This document shows, one piece after another, positions 46,405 to 53,586 of a stretch of DNA of 64,000 nt. Position numbers and translations under genes: made by a program. The notes under the pieces were generated by a model, which saw only the letters and a list, made by a program, of their open reading frames with translations, had not been told where the DNA came from and did no database searches. The first letter of the stretch is position 1; each line of letters opens with the position of its first letter. Source of the stretch: a virus. Lineage: Duplodnaviria; Heunggongvirae; Uroviricota; Caudoviricetes. The stretch lies in IMG/VR virus record IMGVR_UViG_3300027710_000010, positions 117,763-181,762 of that record; one strand, 5' to 3'.

Positions 46405-46536
46405 ATGAAAACCAACCGCGAGAAGAATCAGGAGTTTGATTCCAAGCAGTCCGGCCGGGTGCGACCTAAGGAGCCCGCTTACAATTGGAAACCATTGGAG
46501 GACGTGATCCGTTCATGGATCACGAAGGCTAAATGA
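46405..46536 (+). CDS. small hypothetical protein
   Basis: MKTNREKN...; coupled to the next ORF. Confidence 0.55.
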   Translation: MKTNREKNQEFDSKQSGRVRPKEPAYNWKPLEDVIRSWITKAK

Positions 46537-46793
46537 GTAGACTGGAGCTGTTTGGTCGACCCTATGTAACCTTTGATCCCGACAACAAAGACCATAGGCG
46601 ATATTACTATCAGTTCGTTGAAACGTCAAGCTGGGGCCAATGCCCTGTTAGGTTCGTGGTGCCAGAAGATCACGGAGATTTGGTTACGATGATTCAGCGG
46701 AGTTTGATTGCTCATTACGTTTCCAAAGAGTTCAATCGTCCAAAAAAGGTTGCTCAAAAAGGCAAGAAAACGGTTGACAGACGCAAGGATTGA
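46533..46793 (+). CDS. conserved hypothetical protein
   Basis: RPYVTFDP..KDHRRYY..SWGQCPVRF. Confidence 0.8.
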   Translation: MSRLELFGRPYVTFDPDNKDHRRYYYQFVETSSWGQCPVRFVVPEDHGDLVTMIQRSLIAHYVSKEFNRPKKVAQKGKKTVDRRKD

Positions 46794-46858
46794 GTTTATA
46801 ATTAATGCATACGATAAGGTATCGTATGTTTTTTTAACACACAGAAAGAGGCACACAA

Positions 46859-47212
46859 ATGGCAACAGATAAACAGTTTTCCGTAGTTGGTATTTCCAAA
46901 CTGAATGGCGATTATAAAGTTCGTTTCGCCAACGACATCATGCGTATCAAAGTACTCGCTAAAGGCGGACACGAAGACATTCGCTTGGCAGACCTTGAGG
47001 CTCCCTTGTCCAAGATGGATGCTGTAGTCGCAATGTCCAAGCTGGATGAGTTCCAAGACGTCATTGCTAAGGCAACTATCGCAGAATATGTGGAGCGCAA
47101 TACTCCACGAGCAAAGCCGGAGTCTACTCCTACAGCAACTAAGAAGACTGCTGTTAAGGCCCCAGCTAAGGCCAAGGCTGCTGTCACTGAGAACGAGGAC
47201 GCTCCCTTCTAA
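46859..47212 (+). CDS. conserved hypothetical protein with Lys/Ala-rich tail
   Basis: VVGISKLNG.YKVRFAND.MRIKVLAKGGHEDIRL. Confidence 0.8.
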   Translation: MATDKQFSVVGISKLNGDYKVRFANDIMRIKVLAKGGHEDIRLADLEAPLSKMDAVVAMSKLDEFQDVIAKATIAEYVERNTPRAKPESTPTATKKTAVKAPAKAKAAVTENEDAPF

Positions 47213-47248
47213 ACACCAGGGGAGGCAACTCCCCTAAATATATCTATT

Positions 47249-47440
47249 ATGAGCTGGACACTTTATGAAGTTTGGGCCGACGACAATGGCCACGAAGAAC
47301 TTATCGATACAACCTATAGCGAACCTGAAGCAATTCAGATGGCCAAAGACGCAGTAGAGGCGGGTGCGGACTATGCTATAATCTATCGTGAAGATAAGGA
47401 AGGCGAGCTAATAGAGTTAATGAGATTTCCGGGTCCTTAG
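47249..47440 (+). CDS. small hypothetical protein
   Basis: TAAATA box upstream; stop codon overlaps the tRNA. Confidence 0.7.
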   Translation: MSWTLYEVWADDNGHEELIDTTYSEPEAIQMAKDAVEAGADYAIIYREDKEGELIELMRFPGP

Positions 47441-47508
47441 CTCATGTTGGTTAGAGCAGTGGACTCATAATCCATTGGTGCCCAGTTCGACTCTGGGAGG
47501 ACCCACCA
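47431..47508 (+). tRNA. tRNA with CAT anticodon, probably tRNA-Ile2 (lysidine type)
   Basis: Acceptor GGGTCCT/AGGACCC, loop CTCATAA, G27-U43 and C5-G68 as in Ile2, encoded CCA. The Ile2 versus Met identity is an inference. Confidence 0.9.
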
Positions 47509-47511
47509 GAC

Positions 47512-47548
47512 AAGGGGTGTTGCGTAAAAACAACACTCCTTTTCTTTT
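47512..47548 (+). terminator. Rho-independent terminator after the tRNA
   Basis: AAGGGGTGTTG/CAACACTCCTT stem followed by T-rich tail. Confidence 0.8.
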
Positions 47549-47604
47549 GGTTGACTGATTGGTGGACCTGTGTTATACTATACACTAGACACTAAGGAGC
47601 TGAT

Positions 47605-47850
47605 ATGATAGACACAGGATACGAAGTAGAGTACAAGGGCAAGACATTCCGTTGCACTCATGGTTGCCCATTTGATCGTGGATCGGCAGACAGCTACTAC
47701 GGACGCATCCGTAACCCACACAAAGGCGGAGTAGGCGGCGACAGTGGCCCCCGTATTGAAAGCAACGAGATGACACTGCAAGAGATTGCGGACTACGGCG
47801 CTGGCTACAATTACAATGAACAGTTTGGCGACAAGAAGTCGTGGGATTAA
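47605..47850 (+). CDS. early conserved hypothetical protein
   Basis: HGCPFDRGSADSYYGR..PH..Y.AGY.YNE..GDKKSWD. Confidence 0.85.
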   Translation: MIDTGYEVEYKGKTFRCTHGCPFDRGSADSYYGRIRNPHKGGVGGDSGPRIESNEMTLQEIADYGAGYNYNEQFGDKKSWD

Positions 47851-47914
47851 ACGGTTGACATTTTGGTTGAGCTGTGCTATAATATACACATACACTAAAC
47901 AAACGGAGCAACAG

Positions 47915-48301
47915 ATGGAAGATTTCAAAAGCTGGGAAGAGATGTCCGTGTTGGAGCAGTACGCTTGCACCTACTGGGATATGTACAAGGATGCCTATGG
48001 CGTTCGTCCCCGCGGTGTTGATACTTCCAGCTGGACTGAAGCAGAGTTCGAAGCTGAGTTCGTCAGCTTGAGCAAGACCATAGATGCCAACTACAAAGAG
48101 CAGTTGGTTGCCGAAGAGAAGGCCACCATTGACTTTGAGATGCGGGTGCAGGGGTTGATGACGTCGGGTGCTAAGGACTACGAGATGGCCATGCGTTGGA
48201 TCCATGAGGCAGAGGGTAGCAATGGCGATGACGACTACCTTTGCTTCCTAGTGGGCTTGCCTTATGGATACTTCCGTAAGGTTGACAAGGTTGCGGTTTG
48301 A
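47915..48301 (+). CDS. early conserved T4-like phage protein
   Basis: WDMYKDAYGVRPR motif. Confidence 0.85.
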   Translation: MEDFKSWEEMSVLEQYACTYWDMYKDAYGVRPRGVDTSSWTEAEFEAEFVSLSKTIDANYKEQLVAEEKATIDFEMRVQGLMTSGAKDYEMAMRWIHEAEGSNGDDDYLCFLVGLPYGYFRKVDKVAV

Positions 48302-48338
48302 TAGTATAATATACACATACACTAAACAGGAGCGCACA

Positions 48339-48506
48339 ATGAATCCAGGTCCAGGCTTTATCCGTTTTGTTTTTGGTCTTATCCTCACCATGAGTGCAGT
48401 TGGTGCCAGCGACGAGGCCAGCATCAGTTCAATCCTCTTCTATGCGTTCTTTGGCATTGTAATTATGGCCAATGGCGTGCAAGCAATGAAGGCCGCAAAT
48501 GAGTAA
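48339..48506 (+). CDS. small two-TM membrane protein
   Basis: Two hydrophobic helices. Confidence 0.7.
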   Translation: MNPGPGFIRFVFGLILTMSAVGASDEASISSILFYAFFGIVIMANGVQAMKAANE

Positions 48507-48909
48507 GGTATCAGTCACAGTAGATCAGCTGAAGGCATTCTTCAAGATTGATTGCACCCTACAGACTAAGGCATTCAGTTCCTACAAGGACTTGAAGAAG
48601 ACCAGTCGTGGAGTCTATGTACTGACCACAGAGGACGACTTGATTGTCTATGTGGGCAAGGGCGACATCAAAGCTAGGCAGGACAGTCATTGGTTCAAGG
48701 CACATGGCACTCCTAAGAAGCATCAGATCGATCCCAAGGGCTGGAAGTGGTTGCGTGAGAACCACACGATCACTCCGGGCCTATGGACAATCAACTACAT
48801 TGAACTGGCTCGTGAGACTGAGCTGAGTGCAATGGAGGGCGGCCTAATCCACATCCTGCAACCCTTGGCCAATGATGAAACATTCAAAGACCGGTTGACA
48901 GAAGACTGA
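48499..48909 (+). CDS. GIY-YIG-like domain protein
   Basis: GVYVLT..IVYVGKGDIKARQDSH..E..LI..LQPLAN. Confidence 0.75.
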   Translation: MSKVSVTVDQLKAFFKIDCTLQTKAFSSYKDLKKTSRGVYVLTTEDDLIVYVGKGDIKARQDSHWFKAHGTPKKHQIDPKGWKWLRENHTITPGLWTINYIELARETELSAMEGGLIHILQPLANDETFKDRLTED

Positions 48910-48955
48910 TTTCATAGTATAATAGACACATACACTAAGCAACAAGGAGCACACT

Positions 48956-49339
48956 ATGTCTAAAGATTACGATAACTTCAACAGCTTTGACCTCAACGAA
49001 GCCTGCGATTACTTTGACTGCGAGCTACAGAAGAACTGGAAGAAGATCAATAAGTTCGTAGTGGCCGATGGCGCAGACACTGCCACAGTCCTAGAGGACT
49101 TTGGATTCGATCGTGATGAGATTGGCCAAGCAGAGTACGAGGCATTTGACGCAGGTGTCAAGTATGTTCTAACTCGTATGCAGGAGAGCTTTGAGGCGGC
49201 TGGCCTAGAGCTGGAGATCAAGGAAGCAGACCTTGGTGAAACCATGGGTTATATGCTTACCCGTGTGGATGACGATGCAGAGAGCTTCGTCAAGCGGGTG
49301 CTGAAGAAGCCTGTAATGGTAGTTGAAGGTTGGGTCTAA
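48956..49339 (+). CDS. early acidic hypothetical protein
   Basis: Follows promoter 48895. Confidence 0.8.
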   Translation: MSKDYDNFNSFDLNEACDYFDCELQKNWKKINKFVVADGADTATVLEDFGFDRDEIGQAEYEAFDAGVKYVLTRMQESFEAAGLELEIKEADLGETMGYMLTRVDDDAESFVKRVLKKPVMVVEGWV

Positions 49340-49404
49340 AAACGCTTGACAAAGATTAGAACTGGTGCTATACTGTATAAACTGTAACACACTAAGGAGC
49401 TGAT

Positions 49405-49680
49405 ATGAAAACGATTCAAGAAGTGAATAGCGCAATCATGTTTGGTACATGGACAGACACAGAGCTGTCCAGCATGATAGATGCAGTCAAGTTCAACCGT
49501 GCCAGTCTAGCCAAACAGAACAAGCGCCAGTTCACCTTAGGCAGTGTAGTCAAGTTCACCAGCAATAAGAATGGTCTTACATACCAAGGCAAGGTAGAGA
49601 AGATCGCGATCAAATACGTCACAGTGGCCACGACACAGGGCCGCTGGAGAGTGCCAGCTAACATGTTGTCAGCGGCATAA
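49405..49680 (+). CDS. early protein with SH3/KOW-like C-terminus
   Basis: FTLGSVVKF..YQGKVEKI..YVTV..WRVPANML. Confidence 0.8.
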   Translation: MKTIQEVNSAIMFGTWTDTELSSMIDAVKFNRASLAKQNKRQFTLGSVVKFTSNKNGLTYQGKVEKIAIKYVTVATTQGRWRVPANMLSAA

Positions 49681-49811
49681 GGTTTGCTCCAGGTCCGAGC
49701 CGGGGGGTAGTGTCCCTAGTAGCAAGTTCGCGACCGCAACCAGCGGGGGGTCTCGTGAGAGATGGCCCCGCATCTATTCCAGGAATACCCAACTAAAACG
49801 GTTGGGTATTC
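49681..49811 (+). ncRNA. candidate structured RNA (three hairpins)
   Basis: GC-rich non-coding gap; GNRA-capped hairpin 49743-49771; perfect 11-bp stem 49783-49811. Confidence 0.35.
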
Positions 49812-49879
49812 TACTGTGTGCTTGACATTTTGGTAGACCTGTGTTATACTATACACATAAACACTAAAGGAGCAGGCAA

Positions 49880-50095
49880 ATGCAAAAGGTAACAGTAGTA
49901 GACATAGCGGCAGATGGCTTTTACGCTAGCGAGCACATGAGCGGCAGTTGCGTTAAGGTAACACTGCAACGCGGTACAGAAACTGTGACATGCGGTCAGA
50001 TACTGATTTGGGATGAGGAATACGCTGAGGATTGCTTTGAAGAGTGGCGAGATTGTGCGCTTGCAGGTGAAGAAGGATACACTTACACAGCGTAA
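49880..50095 (+). CDS. early small hypothetical protein
   Basis: Follows promoter 49822. Confidence 0.75.
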   Translation: MQKVTVVDIAADGFYASEHMSGSCVKVTLQRGTETVTCGQILIWDEEYAEDCFEEWRDCALAGEEGYTYTA

Positions 50096-50174
50096 GGTCT
50101 TTGACAGCAGGGCTTGACATTTTGGTTGAGCTGTGCTACAATGTACACATACACTAAAGCAACAGGAGCAGTAA

Positions 50175-50330
50175 ATGAGAGACGCAATATTGGCAAAGCT
50201 GGCAGAGGTAGATGACATGCTACAGGCTGCAACCTTAGACGGCGACAAGCTGACAGAGATGGAGTGCTTTGCGGAACTGGAAGGTGCTTTGCATAAGTTA
50301 ACAGAAGCGGTAGACTACTATGTGGATTAA
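50175..50330 (+). CDS. early small helical protein (51 aa)
   Basis: Hand-translated MRDAILAKLAEVDDML...; follows promoter 50114. Confidence 0.7.
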   Translation: MRDAILAKLAEVDDMLQAATLDGDKLTEMECFAELEGALHKLTEAVDYYVD

Positions 50331-50547
50331 TAACACACTACAGTGGACGGGCACTGTGTGCCTACTGGCGATGTACGTGCTGATGAGCTTTCGCCCAGAC
50401 CTGCATCCCTGGAACATTGTAGCAGGCATCCTGGGCGGAGCATGTTACCTAGCATGGACCGTTAGGGTTGGCAACCGCCCACAGTTGATTGTAAACGCAG
50501 TGGCAATAACCATAGGACTAGCAGGGTTATTGAAGGCGTGGGCTTGA
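50320..50547 (+). CDS. small three-TM membrane protein
   Basis: LQWTGT..PWNI..YLAW..NRPQLIVN. Confidence 0.75.
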   Translation: MWINNTLQWTGTVCLLAMYVLMSFRPDLHPWNIVAGILGGACYLAWTVRVGNRPQLIVNAVAITIGLAGLLKAWA

Positions 50548-50610
50548 CAAAACGGCTGAGCTGTGCTATAATATACACATACACATACACTAACAAAGCA
50601 GGAGCAATAA

Positions 50611-50832
50611 ATGAGTAAAGCATTAAACAAACGGATTTCAAAAGCATTTGACGCAATCTACAGCAAAGGCGACAACGGCTTGGACTACATGGACCGCCAT
50701 TGCGAAATGGACGCGGACCTTATGCAGTTCTTTTATGATGACGCTGTAGACACACTGAGCAAAGCAGACAAACAGCGTATGGCAGACATGCTAGAGACTG
50801 TGGTAGCTGACATGGCATTTGATTTAGTTTAA
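50611..50832 (+). CDS. early small acidic protein
   Basis: Follows promoter 50544. Confidence 0.75.
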   Translation: MSKALNKRISKAFDAIYSKGDNGLDYMDRHCEMDADLMQFFYDDAVDTLSKADKQRMADMLETVVADMAFDLV

Positions 50833-50896
50833 GCATTGACAAATTGGTTGAGCTGTGCTATAATTGACACATACACTAGCAAAACAGGAGCAAGAA

Positions 50897-51142
50897 ATGA
50901 AAGTAGCAGACCTCATAGCAGAATTGCAGTACATGGACGCGGATGCAGAAGTCCATTTCTCATACAATTACGGCGACCATTGGCGCACAGAAGTTGCCCC
51001 TAAGGTGGGTAGCATTAGCCAAGGTGTAGTGGAGTTTAGCGACTATCATCGTATGGACAAGATGGTGGACGACGAGGACTGCTACGATGAAGACACAGGC
51101 GACTACAAGGCCGATGTGCGACGTGTAGTGGTCATTAGCTAA
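50897..51142 (+). CDS. early small hypothetical protein
   Basis: MKVADLIAELQYMDADAEV. Confidence 0.8.
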   Translation: MKVADLIAELQYMDADAEVHFSYNYGDHWRTEVAPKVGSISQGVVEFSDYHRMDKMVDDEDCYDEDTGDYKADVRRVVVIS

Positions 51143-51151
51143 GGAGTTGAT

Positions 51152-51406
51152 ATGATTACAGCAGACACACTCAGCGCCCTGACCACATACAGTCCACAGT
51201 TCCTAACACGAGCCGCAGAGCTGGCAGGCTATAAAGGCCCTGAGTTCACGTCCTGTAAGTTCCTGGGCATTACCAATGGCGGACAGTTCTGCTACTTTGC
51301 AGTCTATCCGGTCAAAGGTGGTACAGATAGTACCAAAGTATTCCTCACATATAACCATGCTGAGGACCAGGTCTTTGCCGACTACCAATTGACAGAACTG
51401 GCATAA
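51152..51406 (+). CDS. early hypothetical protein
   Basis: FLGITNGGQFCY; AAGGAG RBS. Confidence 0.75.
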   Translation: MITADTLSALTTYSPQFLTRAAELAGYKGPEFTSCKFLGITNGGQFCYFAVYPVKGGTDSTKVFLTYNHAEDQVFADYQLTELA

Positions 51407-51445
51407 GACAGTATAATAAACACTTAAACACACTAAGGAGCTAGA

Positions 51446-51640
51446 ATGTACAATGTCATCGAGAACCCCATCCCCAAGAGCAACTTGTTCACCAGCCCAA
51501 GCCTAGCAGAGATCCAAAGCTTCATCAAAGCCCTGCCCACTAAGGAGCAGGCCAATGCTAACCTAGTGTTCATGTTCACGCTCAACAGTTGCAATGAGTT
51601 AGTAGAGACTAACATATTGAGCAAGGAAATCTTTGCTTGA
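51446..51640 (+). CDS. early small hypothetical protein
   Basis: Follows promoter 51389. Confidence 0.75.
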   Translation: MYNVIENPIPKSNLFTSPSLAEIQSFIKALPTKEQANANLVFMFTLNSCNELVETNILSKEIFA

Positions 51641-51694
51641 CAAAGGCTTGGACTGAGCTTATACTGTATGAACACTAACACAAAGGAGCGAGCA

Positions 51695-52021
51695 ATGGTA
51701 ACAGCAGATCAAGTAGCAGAGGGCAAGCAATTAGCTAACCAAGCCAGCATGAAGTTCTTCCAAGAGCGCTTGGGTGGACGTGATCAGTATGCATGTGGCT
51801 TTGCTTGGGTAACAGTACACGGCGTTCGTAGCAATAGCAAGCAGGGCAAGGAGCTGGCACAAGAAGGCTTTAGCAAGAGCTACACAGGCGGACTACAGTT
51901 GTGGAACCCCAGCGGCCTGCATGTGCAGAACGTGGACACACTGGAGGCGGGCGCAGAAGCCATGGCCGAGTTCCTTCGTAGCTTGGGCTTGGAGGCTTAT
52001 GCAGGTTCAAGACTAGATTAA
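51695..52021 (+). CDS. conserved phage protein (CGFAWV family)
   Basis: ACGFAWV..G..W.P..QN...EAGA.A.A..L..G..AYAGSRLD. Confidence 0.85.
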   Translation: MVTADQVAEGKQLANQASMKFFQERLGGRDQYACGFAWVTVHGVRSNSKQGKELAQEGFSKSYTGGLQLWNPSGLHVQNVDTLEAGAEAMAEFLRSLGLEAYAGSRLD

Positions 52022-52046
52022 AGGTCGCCGGCTAAGCGAAAAGATT

Positions 52047-52067
52047 CCGCTCTGGCGGTTTCTTTTT
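52047..52067 (+). terminator. probable terminator closing the early array
   Basis: CCGC-TCTG-GCGG followed by TTTCTTTTT. Confidence 0.55.
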
Positions 52068-52332
52068 GACAAAAGATTCTAGGGGTCGGTGGCTATACAA
52101 ATAAAACTGTTGCTAAAAAACAACAGCGCAAAGCCTAAAAAAATCTACACACGCTAAAAACGGACCCATATGTGTAGAAACACCCCCACCAAACTCTAAG
52201 TACTTCTCTTTATTTTTCCGTATTCTAATTTTTAACCCTGCAAGACCCCTTTCGCATATATACTTGTACTATGCAGATACCCTCCGCCTACGATCCTGTA
52301 CTGTATGAAATTATATTAGAATGGTTAAAATT

Positions 52333-52545
52333 ATGCGCCAATACTACGTACTAACCCAAGACCCACGCTTGTCCACTGTGTTTGAGTTTATTCAAGACCA
52401 TAAGTTACAGTTCGAAGTGCATGCCAATCGCACACGCTTTTGGGTGCCCGAGGGATCAGTGCTTACAGAGTTCTTGCTACGCTACAGTGACTTGGAGCAA
52501 GTTGACCATCGTTTGGACTTAATAACTGGCCTACCTCGACTGTAA
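52333..52545 (+). CDS. hypothetical protein (FWVPE family)
   Basis: FEVHANRTRFWVPEG..TEFLLRY. Confidence 0.7.
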   Translation: MRQYYVLTQDPRLSTVFEFIQDHKLQFEVHANRTRFWVPEGSVLTEFLLRYSDLEQVDHRLDLITGLPRL

Positions 52546-52644
52546 GTACTCCCAAAAATTTTTTTGCGCTAGAAATTTTTCTAGTTAAAATACATCACTG
52601 TAATCTAACTCAAATATAAATACTTGCTCACACAAGGAGTTCCC

Positions 52645-52779
52645 ATGATCTACTCTGTCATACTGCCCAGTGGTTCAGTAATGCGTTTTTATATTGAGGA
52701 TGTGGCTAGAACATATGCCGTAATGTATAAGGGGACTCTTGTTACGGAATCCCCTCCACGTCTTAAGCTAGTAGCTTAA
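52645..52779 (+). CDS. small hypothetical protein (44 aa)
   Basis: Hand-translated; TATAAATA at 52615-52622 and AAGGAG RBS. Confidence 0.65.
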   Translation: MIYSVILPSGSVMRFYIEDVARTYAVMYKGTLVTESPPRLKLVA

Positions 52780-52984
52780 CAATCTCTTCTGGCGTTTCAG
52801 CCACTTCCCAAGTACCATGAGGCGGGCAATGCACAAAAGTAATGTCTTCAACCACTGTGTCACCACCTTCCTCTTCTGGCGGACGAGTCACTGTGCTACG
52901 ATGGATACTGACAATGTTTGACGAGTTAAGTACAACTTGTCTGCCCTTGAACGCTGGGTTTGCGTTGGTTAATGTAATAAACAT
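52763..52984 (-). CDS. FlbD-like small protein
   Basis: MFITLT..VVLNSSNIVSI..WEVAETPEEIVKLL pattern. Confidence 0.55.
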   Translation of the reverse strand: MFITLTNANPAFKGRQVVLNSSNIVSIHRSTVTRPPEEEGGDTVVEDITFVHCPPHGTWEVAETPEEIVKLLA

Positions 52985-53016
52985 AAAAGTCCTTTGTTGG
53001 ACTAGTACTTAGCATC

Positions 53017-53235
53017 ATGTATACGCTAAACGTGGATTATCTGATAAACGATGCTTTAAGGCCATTGGGCGCACAAGTTGGTGAATTGACCAGAGAAATA
53101 TGGCTTTGCGACATCGCTAGGGCAGGTATTTGCTACACTAGACTCAGTGACAGTGAGATTTTAATAGAATCACGTGATTTAACTAAAATTGTCTTATTCT
53201 ACACAAATCCCAGTATTCAGCTGTCTTTGGCTTAG
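53017..53235 (+). CDS. hypothetical protein
   Basis: ORF track; plausible composition. Confidence 0.5.
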   Translation: MYTLNVDYLINDALRPLGAQVGELTREIWLCDIARAGICYTRLSDSEILIESRDLTKIVLFYTNPSIQLSLA

Positions 53236-53249
53236 GTCCACGTAAATAC

Positions 53250-53495
53250 TTGATGATTACAGAACAATATCAACAACAGGGCACTATATATGGTGATGCT
53301 CCCTCTACTGGGTCGCCTATTAGCGGTGGCACGGATACTGCACGTACAGACGCTAATGCACGATCGGACATGATGCGTATTATGAGTAGGTTGGAAATGG
53401 TCGAGCGAGATTTATCACGTGCGCGGCATCGTATACAACAGTTGGAAACAGCTATTGGGCTTATAGAACAACGTGTTAATTCTAGGTTGAGCTAA
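53250..53495 (+). CDS. small coiled-coil protein
   Basis: TAAATA box at about 53244; C-terminal coiled coil. Confidence 0.6.
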   Translation: MMITEQYQQQGTIYGDAPSTGSPISGGTDTARTDANARSDMMRIMSRLEMVERDLSRARHRIQQLETAIGLIEQRVNSRLS

Positions 53496-53586
53496 CTGCA
53501 TTTCTGGCGCGAGCGCTGGCAGCTTCGCTGCTTTTGGGCATCTGGGCCGCACCTGCATAAATATTATATTGAAATTAGGGATTCAC

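Larger units (their letters stand above)
41402..51694 (+). repeat. 22 dispersed copies of a sigma70 promoter+leader+RBS module heading small genes
   Basis: -35 boxes start at 41402, 41626, 42008, 42385, 43151, 43641, 44280, 45308, 45557, 46069, 46774, 47551, 47855, 48282, 48895, 49346, 49822, 50114, 50544, 50836, 51389 and 51637. Each has a 17-nt spacer (consensus about TTTTGGYNGACCTGTGY) and TATACT/TATAAT (one TACAAT). Most are followed by an AC-rich leader and GGAG. Confidence 0.95.

Noticed and set aside
49697-49729. Group II intron domain V or SRP RNA
   Set aside because: GAGCCG...GTTC ends resemble domain V but the interior does not pair accordingly; the SRP GGAA/AGCAG motif is absent; no intron ORF.
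42046-51681. Numerous minus-strand ORFs in the array region
   Set aside because: Antisense shadows of plus-strand genes that have clear promoters and RBSs; they are longer only because of higher GC.
41402-51694. CRISPR array
   Set aside because: Intervals between repeats are about 220-1030 bp and protein-coding; the repeats are promoters; no cas genes.
41402-51694. Classical integron with attC sites
   Set aside because: No tyrosine recombinase in the window, the repeats lack attC inverted R/L boxes, and the cassettes carry their own promoters.
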